From Cyanophora paradoxa CCMP329 (taxonomy: Eukaryota > Plantae > Glaucophyta): 64,000 bases of DNA. The position numbers and the translations under genes were made by a program. This document shows, in pieces, positions 35,015 through 47,500 of the stretch. A model generated the notes under the pieces. That model was not told where the DNA came from, made no database searches, and saw nothing but the letters and a program-made list of their open reading frames with translations. How positions within the stretch are numbered: the stretch's first letter is position 1; each line of letters opens with the position of its first letter. The stretch is taken from contig QPMI01000035.1 of the NCBI GenBank assembly GCA_004431415.1, positions 1 through 64,000 of the forward strand. Reading direction: 5' to 3'.

Positions 35015-37248
35015 CTAGCGCTCGCCCCGCAGGACGGCCGCCATGCGCGCGATCTGCGCGCCGGCGCGTGGGCGCCCCGCGGGTACGGCGCGCACCGCGC
35101 GAGAAGGCGGGGAGCAGAGGGCGGCGCGCACCGCGCGGCGGTCGCCCCGCGCCTCGATCCAGGGGTGCGTCTCGGGGTAGCGCTCTGCAGGGAGGGGTCG
35201 GCGGGGGCCGCGGGCGCGAGGGGGTACAGGCGTTGGGGCCGGACCCTCGAGGCTCATGGGGCGGAATCCCGGCTGGAGGGCTCCCAGGTTGGCGTACCCC
35301 CCGACCTGCGCGGGGGTACCGGTTTCGTGAGGACGCGAGCGCCACTCTCGGGAGGAGGGGGGCGGACCTGCAGGGCGCGGCCGCGGGGCGCGGCGGCAGC
35401 CCGCGAAGCCGCCGGGTCCTGCCAGGGGGTACGGCACATCGGGCAGGTGACCTGCGGGCGCGCATGCGCCCATCAGCATCCCTCCCGATCCGCAGGGAGG
35501 CGGGGGCGGGGCCGGAGCGCGCGTTCTGCCCCTTGGACTTCCGCCACTGCTCGAAGCACGCCTTGTGCACGTTGTTGCCGCAGGAGGCGCTGCGACGGCC
35601 GGTGGGCGGAAGGCACAGAGGCTCGGGCGGGCGCGGGGGGCGCCGGCCGGAGCCGCACCGGCACCAGACGACGGCCTCCCGACCGAACTCTTCGCAGCAC
35701 ACGGGGCTGTGCCCCAAGGGTTGGGCCCTGTCACAAAGGGAAGGAAATAGGATACTAGCGGCGCACCAGTCGCCCTCGACGGGCCGCTGGGCGACGGGGG
35801 CCGCCCCCCGCCCGTCGAGCTCCTCGGCCGGCTTCTGGCCCGTCATCGCCGCGTGCTGCGCGCGCACGGCCGCCGCCGCGACGAAGCGCGAGTCGACGCG
35901 GCGGAGGCGGTCCGCCGCCGCCCCGCCCAGCGCCTCCCGCAGCTCCGGCTCCAGCAGCGCCGCCTGCCACACGAGCGGGTTCGTAGAGGGGACCTGCGCC
36001 CAGCGAGCGCCCGGCGCTCGGCGGCCGGCGCGCGCGCGCCGCGGAGGCTCAAGGGCCGCGCGGACCTTGAGGACTCGCAGGTAGACGAAGAGGATGTGCT
36101 TGCAGGGCTGGCCCTGACCGCCGAGCCGGCGCGTGAGCGGCGTCGCGGCCGCGCAAATCAAAGCTGAGCCGGACGGCCGCACGTGCTTCTGAAAGTCGGG
36201 GCAGTCGCAGGAGGGGAGCGAGTCGATGCGAACAGTGTAGACGTTTCCGGTGCTCCCTGCCGCCCCGCGCCCGCTCGCTTGCGGGGCGGAGGGGCCCGCG
36301 CACGCATCGGCGCACGCACCGAGGACGGAGAAGCGGCCGACGGGGGCGCCCCTCGGCGCGTCGGGGTCGCGGAGCGCGAGGGCGGTCGAGGACGAGGGTC
36401 CGTGGGACGAGGAGCTGGAGGCGCCCTCGCCGGGCTCGTCGATGCGGCCGTCGATGAGGAAGAGCCGGTGGCTCGTGGCCCGCTCGATGCGCTCCATAAC
36501 AGCCTACGGCAGGCGAGCGCCCCCTCTGTCAGCATCCGGGCGCCGTGCGTCCGCGGCCAGGGCAGCGCGGGGCCGACCAGCGAAGGACGCTTCCTGTACA
36601 TCCGCTGCCGGCGCTCCTCGACGGGCTCCGTGCGCCTCCGCTTCCCCGCTGTGGTCCTCGCTCGCTCGAGAAGCCCGACGTCGGCTGACGGAATCTGCTG
36701 CGGCGGGAGCGCTGCCGGTGCGGATGCTCGATGCGGAACGATGGCCAGCGCTTGGGCTTCATTGCTCTGTGCTGGCTGCAGCTGGTATCCCTGCCAGTGC
36801 GGATACGGAGGTGCGAGCCCGTGCTGCTGGTTGAAATACGCTTGCTGCATCCAGGGGAAGAACTCAGAGGGGCCGGACGGCATGCCCGGCCAAGCAGCCG
36901 TATACGTAGGCGGGAATGCGCTCGCGCTCGCGCTTGGGAACGAGGCCATCTGCGTGGGTGGAGGCTGCGGAAGGGAGGTGACGCCGCTGCACAATGGATA
37001 AGACAAATGCGAGGTTTGCCCTGCGCTTGCGCCGCACCTCGCTCTTTCGAATTCCGCCGGCGGCCGACCCACCGCATCAAGGAGCCGCGCGACGAGGTCT
37101 GTATCCGATTCGCATGCGCGTGCGCGTCAGGATCGGCGCTTGCAGGGCCACGCGTCTGCGCACCGGCCTTCCTGCCGCTCTTCGTAAGCCCGCGTCGCCC
37201 GAGCTCCTCCTTGAGCTCAGGGACCGTCAGCCGATCAAAATCACCCAT
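35015..37248 (-). CDS. SAP-domain + SWIM zinc finger + RING-type E3 ligase-like protein
   Basis: SAP: LTVPELKEELGRRGLTKSGRKA/DLVARL. SWIM: FSVLG/STGNVYTV...CDCPDF...CKHILFV. RING: CPVC...WC...CGNNVHKAC...W...CPMCRTPW, followed by GYANL. The 3' end is less certain. Confidence 0.85.
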
Positions 37249-37455
37249 CTGCTGCTGTCTCGGTTCCAAGAAGCTGCTGCTGGTACACTAGCGCTATCTC
37301 TGCGCACGAAGTGCTCCACTTCCTCCCCCTACCCCCGAGCTTCGGACGAGGCCGCACGAAGCCCACGGCAGAGCGTTACAGGAAAGGAGCGGGGTATCCT
37401 CGTAGCTTCTTTCTCAGCTGTAAAAGAGCCATCGCAGCTGGAGGGCGAAAGTGCG

Positions 37456-38912
37456 ATGCTTGCAGACGGCGCCGCTGCGGGGCCGAGCGCCGTGGCGTCG
37501 GATCCTTCTAGTCCGCGGTCATGCGAAGATCAAGAGGGCTTGGGCCGTATTCTCGACTCGCTGGCCGATCAGGTCCGCGAACAGATGCAGATCGAGGATT
37601 TAGCCAGAAAAGTGACCCCCGGGGCAGACCCTGGCCGAGATAGACCGGCTTCAGAACGACGTCCGGCCTGTGTCCAGCTTTACCTCATTTGCGTTGCTCG
37701 TACGCGCCCGTGGCACTTTCTGTTAACACGTCAGCGCTCTGAACGCCCTTTGCGTCACTAGGACTCGATCCTCGCGCGGCGCCTGGCGGCGCTTTCGGCG
37801 TCGCTTGATTCCAGCGGGGATGGATCCATTGGGGCGGCTCCGGGCCCCGATCCCCGCCTGCGGGCGGAGCTCGACCGCCTGGTCCTGCAGCGCGTCGTCT
37901 CAGAGTTCAGCTTCCACGAGGCGCTCACGCAGGTCCTCCTGCGCCGCGCCGGCCGCCCGGGGCCCGAGTTCGAGCGGCTCAGCGTCTCGGCGATCGCGGG
38001 GCGCTTCGACGCGGCGGCGGTCGCCGCTGCACAGCAGGAGCAGCCGGCGGCTCGCCCGCGCCCCGCGGCGGGGGAGATCACGTCGCTGCTCTCGCACCAC
38101 CTGGTCTCCCAGACGCTCGCGAACGCCAACTTCCGGCAGCGTCTGGAGCAGGTCCTCCTGCAGGTGCGCGCGTGCGCGGCGCCGGCGCGCGCCCGCTGCC
38201 GCGACCGAAGGCGACGGCGGCAGCGGGACGCGAGGCGGCCGCGGCTGGCGCCGGTGCAGGCGCGGGCGGCGGAGGCGGCGGTGGAGTACAGCAACCTGGC
38301 GAGCGAGTGGCGCAGCGAGTGGCGCAGCGAGTCGCAGCGCCTCCAGGCGAGGTCATCGAGCTCCGCCGCCTCATGCAGGGTCCGCAGCCGTCGCCCGCCC
38401 GCCGCCCGCCCCGCCGCCCGCGCCGCCGGGCGGGCTCGAGCGCGGCCCCCGCGCGCAGCGTGCTTCGAGGTCTCGCTGGACACGCAGCGCGCCATCCGGC
38501 AGGAGGTCGCCGCCGCCCTCGTCTCCTCTTCCTCCGGGCCCCGCCCCGCCGGCGCAGCGCCGGACGGTGCGAACTGCGGCTCTCCTCGAGCTCCCCCTTG
38601 TCGCGGCCCTGAGCGAGACGGGTCCCGGCAGGCGCATCGGAGTCGGGGTCGGAGGGGCCGCGGGCGGCGGCGGCGCCCGGGCAGTGCTCCGTCTGCCTGG
38701 AGCGCGCCGCCGACACGGCCTTCTACAAGTGCGGGCACCAGGTCCGCTCTCGCCACCCCCAACCCACCCATCCCTTCTTCCCCCGCTAAGCCGCCCCGCC
38801 CCGCCCGCAGTGCGCCTGCTTCCTCTGCGCGCGGTCCATCATGGACGAGGGGCGGCCGTGCGTCATCTGCAGGGCGCCCATCGCCGACCTCCTGCGGGTC
38901 TTCGTCCCCTAG
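37456..38912 (+). CDS. C-terminal C3HC4 RING E3 ligase-like protein (neuralized-like RING preceded by a coiled coil)
   Basis: ELRRLMQ/ACFEVSLDTQRAIRQEVAAAL, then CSVCLERAADTAFYKCGH/QCACFLCA...CVICRAPIADLLRVFVP*. Confidence 0.85.
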
Positions 38913-39765
38913 GCCTGAGATTGGGCTTCGAATTTTGCTCGGCGGCTTCCATTTGAAACCGTCTTCTTTGTTCTCTATATACAAAGCTATACGATGCGAG
39001 TGCGGCCGTATGGCCCGGGCTGGATGGCCCAGAGGAAGGACCCGCCGCCGGCGCCGCGGGCCCGCGGCCGCCAACCAGCGCGCCGGACCGGCCTCCGGAA
39101 CGGCGCGGCGTGATCATAAGGGTACTCACCTTCGAAAGAGCCCCAGACCGCCGACTTAATCTAGCTAGCACCCGCAGACGCGCGGGGAGCCCCGCAGACG
39201 CGAGTCGGCCGGCGCCGCGCGCCGGAGCCTACGTCCGGGCGGGCGTCAGCCACGAGCGCCAAGCCCTGAGCCAGCGTGGCGCGGCCGCTGCCTTCAATTG
39301 CAAAGCGTACCAGCCATGAGGGACCGCGCCGGCAAGCAGGCATCTTCCGTTGCTTCCACGCAGCTCAACTCCGGCAGCCCGCATCCGCTTCTAGGACTCG
39401 GGAAAGAGCCGAGGCGGGAAGAGTGAAAGTCGATCCGCGCTGATTCGCTCGCCAGCATCGCCGAGTCACCGGAAGATTGCGCTTAGCTGCGGCGACCGAG
39501 CACGAGCTCCTCGCAAGGAAAGCGCTGCGGCCGACACAAGTGCACAGGCAGGCTGGAGTGCGTCGCACCGTCATGAGACTCTCTCCGAGGCTCGCATGCC
39601 TTCCTCGCCGGGCCAGCAGGCGCGCAAGTCGCGCTTCTGGCTGAAAGAGCCTGCTAAAGCCCGCTCTGAGCTAGGTCGTGGGAGGGAGGTGGCGCACGCT
39701 CATTGAAGAACTACGCATGCTCTCTACGCTGGTAGCTGCGAACTACGGGAGCGCCCTCTTTCAAA

Positions 39766-40077
39766 TTTGCCCCCCCCCCTCTCTTCCCCCCCTAGCTGGC
39801 TCGTGCACGAGCCAGCCAAATCAACGTGTACCCCTCAAGGTGGCGCATGCATGCGCCACCTCTTTGCCCCCCCCCCTTCTCTTCCCCCCCTAGCTGGCTC
39901 GTGCACGAGCCAGCCAAATCAACGTGTACCCCTCAAGGTGGCGCATGCATGCGCCACCTCTTTGCCCCCCCCCCTTCTCTCCCCCCCCTAGCTGGCTCGT
40001 GCACGAGCCAACCAAATCAACGTGTACCCCATAAAGTTGGCTCGTGCACGAGCCACCAAGGCCCTCTACGTGTACCC
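39766..40077. repeat. Tandem ~97-bp repeat (about 2.7 units plus a fragment) carrying two perfect palindromes per unit
   Basis: Units start at 39766, 39863 and 39961. The two full units contain GCTGGCTCGTGCACGAGCCAGC (22 bp) and AGGTGGCGCATGCATGCGCCACCT (24 bp). Confidence 0.9.
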
Positions 40078-40477
40078 GGCCGCGCAGCCCATGCTGCCCA
40101 TTACCGTCGTGCCGCAGTAACTTGCAACTACAGCTAGGCTGCCGCATGGCATGCAGTGCTAGCTAGCTACCGAGCATAGCGCTCGCGCTCGTGTGTGTCG
40201 CAGTACTAGTGCACAGCAAACCGAGGCCGGCCGGCGCCTTCGTGGAGAGCACTGGCGGCCCGGCGGCTGGACCGGCTAGAGAGCACTGCAGCTGGCAAGC
40301 AGTGGGGCAGTGGCGTCTGGAGCGGCTGGCTGCTGTCCCCTGCGAGTTGAGCTCTCGTCCAGGTCGTGCAGGGCGAGCTTGCGGAGATCCTCAGTGATGA
40401 CATATAGGCGGCGCCACGCACTGCCGCGTCTGCTCCTCGCAGCTTCGCCGGCCGTTCGAGGCGCGGTTCATCTTTCA

Positions 40478-43400
40478 ATGCGGGGGAGTGCGCATGCGTT
40501 CCTCAGCTGGCTGCTGGCCCTCCAGCTGTGCGGCGCGCTCGTCCTGGGCTCCCTGCCGCCTGGCTCCGACATCTACGACGTCAGCCGCCCCGTCGGGCAG
40601 TTGTGCGCTCCTGCCCATATGCATCCCATGGCATGACGCGAGCACGCGCGCGCCCGCGCCGTCCATGAACGGTGTGCGCCGCCCGCCGTCGACCACCGGA
40701 CTAACCGTCGGGCGTGCACTGCGGCAGCGCTCTCTGTGTTGGGAGCGTGACGTCGGCCGGAGATCCCTACGCAAATCCGCCGGCACTCACCCTCGGTGTG
40801 CGACATGCTCTTTGCATCGCGCCGGCGCTCTGAGCGTGCTAATCATGAGCGGGCCTTCCCCCTGGGACCCCCTCCCTCTCCGCTCAGGCCTCGTGCAAGG
40901 GACGAATGCATTGCTCGAGGACTCCTCTTCTCTCGCCTACGACGAGGTGCGCGGATCGGGGCGCCGCACCTGGCCGCGCCCCGCGTCCGACGGACTCTGA
41001 TCGATATCATGGGACGCTTTGCAGTACAACCACGCCATCTGGTATGGCACGGGTGCGAAATTCCGGAGCGCACGTTCGATTAGCCAAGTAACTGAGCCAA
41101 TGTGTTTTTTACGCAGGCAGCTATCTTTATAAGGTCTGATTCGATGACTCTCATAGCTTATTTACGTGGCACGTGGCTCACGCGGCTCCCTCCGGCCGCG
41201 GCAGATCGACCCGAAGGCCTGCACGATGGAAAAGCAGCTGGGCCAAGCAAGCGGGGGCAACGCCGACGGCGACTCCACCACCGCATCGTTCGCGTGCGTA
41301 CCCCCGCACCCCCACCCCCACCCCCCGCCGCCTCGTGGCATGTGCCTGACAGCGGTCAACTCGCAGTGTGATATCGTCTTTCGCGCGTGCGCCCCGCTGG
41401 CCCATTTGCATTTCCCTCGGAATCGCGGCCCGCCAACGTGCAACGTGCATTTCTCCGCAGCGCTGCCGAACAGGAAGGTCCTCCTGGGAGACGTGCGTGT
41501 ACCCCCTCGCCAGCCCCTCGCTGCTCGGTGACCGATGTGCGCGCGCGCAGAACAACTGCCGCCGTGCGACGCGCCCGGCCCCGCGCATTCGCCCTCTCGA
41601 GCGCGACCGACGGCGACGTTGTCGCACACGCGTACGCAGTGCGCCTGTACGACCCGGCGTCCAACACCGTCGCTGCCTTCGGAGGGCTCGGGGACAGCAT
41701 GGGAACTGCGGGGGGCGCCGCAGTCTGCTCGGCCATCACGGCATGGCCCGTCAATACGGTCCGCTCTGATCCTCAAGCCCCCCCCCCCCCCCCTCCCCCC
41801 CCCTTCAACTCCTTCCCCTTCCTCCCTTCCCTACCCTCCCCATCCCCCAACCCTTCCCTTCCCCCTCTTCGCTTCTGCCCCCTCCCCCCCTCCTCCCGAG
41901 GCCGGCTGTATATACGTACAGCTGACAAGGCGGCAGGTTGAGCAGCCGCCGAACGTCGCACAGACGGCGGACACGAACGCGGGCCGCATGGTCATGGGCT
42001 ACATCCAAGGCCTGGCGTACTCCCCGCTGGACGGCCGCGTCTACGTCGCGTGGGCCTCGGGCAGCGGCGATCACGGCGAGGTCTGGAGCATGAGGACGGA
42101 CGGTGCGCACAGGCTTCCATGCGTATTCTACGGTTCAGCCGTGCTTGACATAAATTGACCGCCGTGGCCTGTCTCCGAAGGGAGCGATGTCCTGGTCGTG
42201 GCTATCACGAGCTCTGGCGGTCCGAGCTCCGGTGCTCGCCCCGCGATCGGCCACGCACGATGACGCCTTGAGCTCTGACGCCCACCGTGACCTCTTTCGT
42301 TCAGCGTTTGCGGGCCTTGCGGCGGACCGAGGGGAGCCGTACCTGTACGCTGTCTCCCAAGACAAAATCGTGTACAAGGTGAACAGAGCCCCGGAGCCGT
42401 CTCGTTGATTGGCCTTTCTGGGATTGACTCCAGACCTGGATAACAGATCGGGACGCGGCCGCCCTATACGAGAGTCCAGCTCACTGCGGCCCTCAGCTCG
42501 GGGCAGACATACTCAGGGAAGAGCATCGCCTTCGTGCAGAACGCCGCGTGCGTTCTTCACGTGCTTTATGAGGGGGCCGTTCCATGCGCCGGGCGCCGCC
42601 TGACGGAGCGGCTCTCCCGTGCTCGCAATCGCGTAGAGGCGGCCTCGCGAGGCTTCTCGTCCAGCCGGCCGGCGGCGCGCCGAACTTCGACACGTGCGCG
42701 AGCTGCGCCGGGATCGAACTGGGCTCGGCTGGGCTTCCGACTTCGACTTCGGCTCATTCGACTTGATTCCGCGCAGGCACGTGCTGGACCGGGACGGAAA
42801 CCCGATCGGGACGGGCCTGCTCGACCCGGGCTTCCCGAGCGACATGTGCCCGGGCGGCGCCGCCGACACCTCGTGCTGGTGCGCGCCTGCGCCTGTCCGG
42901 ATCGCTTTGATTTGATCCTTCGATTTCAGGAACTTCGGCATCGTCACTTCGACGCCGGACGGTACGTAAGCTTCGAATTCTGCGCATGCGCCGGGACGGG
43001 GCCGCGGGGCCGGGTCTGACTACGACCAGGCCTCATCTACACGATCTGGATGAGGTCCGGGTTCGGGCAGGCCATCTACGCGTACCGAGTGCTGCCGAGG
43101 GCTAGCCACATTAAGGTGATCTCCACCCCACCCCCACCCCTCCCCCTCGCCTCCCCCCCCCCCCCCCCCCCCCGCTGCCCAGCCCCCCACTCCCGCGCCC
43201 CCCCCCCCCCCCCCCCCGCGCTCCCGCCCCTCGCCGCCTCCTCCTCCCCTGCGTCCACCCCACCCCCCACCCCCCCCACCCCCACCCCACCCCAACCCCC
43301 CGCTCCCCACCCCATCCCCTCCGCCCCACCACCCCCTCCCGCCTCCCCCTCCCGCCTCCCCCTTCGGCCCTCCTCCTACGAGCCTGCCCGGGGAGCCTCC

Positions 43401-43498
43401 TTCGCATCCTGCTCCAGGCATCCCCTGAAAGCTTCGCGCAGGTCTCTGGCGGGGGCTCGATAACGCTGGACGGAGGCATGATTATGTTGTCCAACTAA
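40478..43498 (+). CDS. Putative secreted beta-propeller-like protein
   Basis: Signal-peptide-like start MRGSAHAFLSWLLALQLCGALVLG. Blade-like segments SLAYDE, VRLYDPASNTV, IQGLAYSPLDGRVYVAW, FAGLAADRGEPYLYAV and GIVTSTPDG/LIYTIW. The last exon is VSGGGSITLDGGMIMLSN*. Confidence 0.6.
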
Positions 43499-44158
43499 CA
43501 CGTACATTGACCCACGCGACCCTGGCCTGCTTCTTGACGATTATCGGATTCCGTTCGTTAAACTTCGAAACTATCTATAACTTAGCTGCTTACTGTTGAG
43601 TTAATTACTTAAGCTTGTCTGCGCATGCTGTAGTTGCAATTAAATATTCATTGAGCTGTACATGTGGCGAGGTCCCGGAGTCCGCGCGGCGACGAGGCCC
43701 GTGGCCAGGTGCGACTAAATAAATACCCGCGCAGCGCGTCGCCGGGGCCTTGCGCACGCGCATGCGGGATCGCCGGCGCCGGCGCCCATGTCATCCGTAT
43801 ACGTATATACCACAGTCACGTGCACGTGCACGGGGCCGGCCGCGGAGCGCTAGCGCGCCACACGTACGAGGCTTAGGGTCGGCGCGGGCACCATCAGCGC
43901 CGCGCGCGCCGCATGGCATCGCAGATATCGATCTAATCTAGATCTCGAGAGACTGTAGCCATTGATTCAACAGATTGAAAATATATTCAATTCATGCAAT
44001 TAAGTAAAGCTGGTGTCGACGTCGAGAGAGTATACGTATACTAGTACTCTGGCAGTGATTCGACAAAAATAATATATAAAGCATGCGTGTATCATAGTAT
44101 ATACTGCCCGCCTCGTGTTCTGGACTCTATATCTGGATCTGGGCCGGGACCATCATGG

Positions 44159-44279
44159 CATGTGGAAAAGATCTCAACTACTACTAATACTCCACGGGCC
44201 ATGTTGAAAAGATCTCAACTACTACTAGACCAGATGTGGTCGAACCATATGCATGTTGAAAAGATCTCAACTACTACTA
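44159..44279. repeat. Three copies of a 28-bp direct repeat in AT-rich intergenic DNA
   Basis: CATGT(G/T)GAAAAGATCTCAACTACTACTA at 44159-44186, 44200-44227 and 44252-44279, separated by unrelated 13-nt and 24-nt spacers. Confidence 0.85.
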
Positions 44280-44506
44280 GCTATATGTGGTATATACGCG
44301 TGTACGTAGCTATAGCTGGGCACTCACGTGCACGGTCACTCGCGAACGGCTTCCGATCGCGAGTTATCAATGTAATTATATAAACGCCGACGAATGCTAG
44401 CCATCAAATATAGAGTAAGCTATCTACAACAATACTAGTACAATGATTTATATTAAATTATAGAACTAAGACACGCGACAATATGTGAGTCGACATGTTC
44501 ATGTGT

Positions 44507-47500
44507 TTAACGATACCGCGAGGGCAGCCGCGGATCAGGATTCTCGGTCACAATCGTGACGGCAACTGCCTGGTCGTCGATGGCACCTGCCAGCTGTGAA
44601 GAACCCTCCCCTCCTGCGGCGACCGGCGACAAGTGTGGCGGCAGGAGGAGACACGACAGCGTCTGACGGATGTCTCTGCAGGTGCATAACCAGCCATTAG
44701 ATAAGAAAGGTGTCCATGCAAGATTGGAAGCTCGCACAGAAACGTCGGGCGCTGCTGTGGGCTCTTGGAGAGGCAGGACCGAGCCAGGAGCCGCAGCTGC
44801 CCCTGCAACGCGCCAAAGGCCGCGCGGGGAAACGGCTGGCCTCTGATCAGGTGCTCGGGACTGATGGCGACGCCCCCGTACGGCTTCCCGCCCGTAGCCA
44901 TCTCCATGAGAATAATGCCGAAGGCCCACACCTGTCAGCGGGCGCGATCTTCAGTTCAAAGCACCGATGCACGGTCGCCTGGCGCGCAGGGGACGCCGAG
45001 CTGCCAACGCACGTCTGCCTTGACCGGATCGTTCTTCGTGTACGTTTCAGGTGGGAGGTAGACTCTACACGCAGAAAGGATACGAGTAAGCACAGCAGCG
45101 ATCAAAAGAGACACTAGGATCGGAGCGTACAAGGTGCCCCGGAGTGATTTCGCTGTCTCGACGTGCCTCGAAATGCCTGCAGAAGACCCCGATGAGCTGA
45201 CGGCAACCCACATCGAGGCTGCATGCAGCTTGCACAGATGCACGCACCGAAATCGCCCACGCGCAGCGTCGGATCCGACCTGTCATCCTGCGAGCCCATT
45301 ACTATTGCTAGATCTAGAGATCACGAAGGAATCCGGTGCGATCGCAACAATCGCCCCACGCGCCGCGGCGCGCCGGCGTGCGCGCGCGCATGCGCACCTC
45401 GCGGAAGACGAGGATGTTCTGGGGCTTGAGGTCGCGGTGGGCGACGGGCCGCGGCAGCTCGTGGTGCAGGTACGCCATCCCTGCAGCGAGCGCGGGTCAT
45501 GATCGGTCCAACTTCTTCGAATTCGCCGCACGCGATGCGTTCCACCCGTATGCATGCATGAAGGAAGATCTAGACGTACCTGAAGCGATCTGGAAGGCGA
45601 AGGACACGACGCGGTCCTCGGGGAGCACGCCGCGGGAAGCGAGCAGGGCGCTCAGCGACATGTTCGCCAGGGGCAGCACTGTGGAGACAGTGAACAACAA
45701 GCACACAAATAAATAAACAAGTAGATGCCTCACCGATGTACAGCTTGGACCGGTCGGCGAACAGAGCCTCGCAGCGGAGAACATTTGGGTGGTGGCAGAA
45801 CTGGAGACGCGTACGGCGCGGCTTCAAATAATGCGGGGCCGGGGCGACTAACTTGAAATAAAACCGGCCGGGGCGATCTAGAAATCACCTTCTGCAGACG
45901 AGCCCCGTGGATCTCGCGCGCTGCAATCTGCGGCAGGCGTCATGATCAGCTGCGGAGATCTCGATTGCGAGACGCGGTCTCCGAATTTCCGAATTTCGGA
46001 CCTCCGGATCGAGGAGTGAGACCTCCTTCACAGCCCTCTTAATCGTGGTCATCCGCGACTGCACGGCGGCGTCGCCGACGCCGGCCGTGCCTCCAGCTGC
46101 CCCATATGCATCCTCGCGGAGCCAAGTGGCCGACGCCTCTGGAAGGGAGATGGAGTAGACTGCGAGCAGCCGGTCAGCTCCTCGGGTAGAAGCTCCAAGA
46201 GGCCTAGCTATATATAGGGCCGCCTGGATCTGCCGCGCTGAGCGAGAACGAAGGCGTGCGACTCTGACGCACCGCGCCCGAAGGCCCCTTCGCCGATCAA
46301 CGCGACCGGCTCGCGGACGCTCTTGATAACGGCCTCGGGAACCTGCCTCGGGGGCGCGAGCGCGGCGCGCTGGGCGAGCGTCAAGCCTTTCGAGTCCGCG
46401 TTGTTCTCGAGATCCGCGGTGGATCCGGATCCGCTCGGCGCAGCCGTCGGACCCCGCGCGCCGAAAAGATCAAGATCCGGGTTGATCGACGCCGGCAAGT
46501 CGATCTGTGGCACGCGAGCGCGAGCGTGAGAGGGACGTCGTCGAGTCGAATGGCGCCGCGGCGCGAAGCGGCTGCAGACTGACTGACCCAGACGCTCGGG
46601 GTCGATCCATCACTGCCGGCTGTGCTCAGGGAGCGTATTGTCTGCAGGAGCGAGGCTTGCGAATTCGAATCGAAGGGGTAGAACGGTGCATCGGCCGTTG
46701 CCAGATTGCCAGACAGCCCGGCAGCGCGCGCGCGTCGCTTCCGTTTCCAGTACACGCCGAAGCCGATGCCAATTGCAAGGGCGACGACGCCCGCACCCGC
46801 CGTGGCGCCTGCGGCAGCGCCGACGGGCGAGCCGCCGCCGCCCGACTGCGCCGCGCGGGCAGCGTTCGGCGTCGGCGCGGGCTGCTCGACGAGGGTGTTT
46901 GGCTGCCCGGATGCCGAGCTCGAGCTCGAGATGCTTTCGCCGCGAGCGAGGGCCTCGGCCGCGGCGCCGACCGGCTGCACTCCCGCCGCGAAAGAGGCGT
47001 TGAACATGGCGGAGACGGGCCGGTCGTCCAGCCCCGGCATGAGCAGCTGGCCCGAGCGCGTGAGGTTCGCGATGGTCTCCAGGATGAAGGCGTCAGGGAG
47101 CGCGGCCGAGAAGGAACTGGACGCCGTTGCGGCTTTCGAGACCTGCGCAGCAGGCCAGGGCGCGGCGTTCGCCGGATGGCAGGAGGAGGAGGAAAGCGAT
47201 TTGCAGAGCGCACCTTCACGTGAAACAGGATCGACCCGCATCGGACGTCGGCGATCTGGACCCGCCCCTGCGCCCGACGATTTGAATACAGGCTAGAAAG
47301 CGTTGACGGACAAGAAATGCTTCGATTCAGCTCACTGCATCGAGATCCATTCGGAGGGCGGTCGACAGGATCCTCGAGAAGCCCTGCGAGACGGACGAGA
47401 CAGTCTGCCGCTGCGTGTACGCCTGGCACTCCTCGCGCGTCGCAGGAACCGACAGCCAGAACTCGACGGACACGGCCGTGGGCACCGGCGGGGGCGTGGG

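Noticed and set aside
44159-44279. CRISPR-like repeat-spacer pattern
   Set aside because: Only three repeats with short unequal spacers (13 and 24 nt), no cas genes, and a eukaryotic context.
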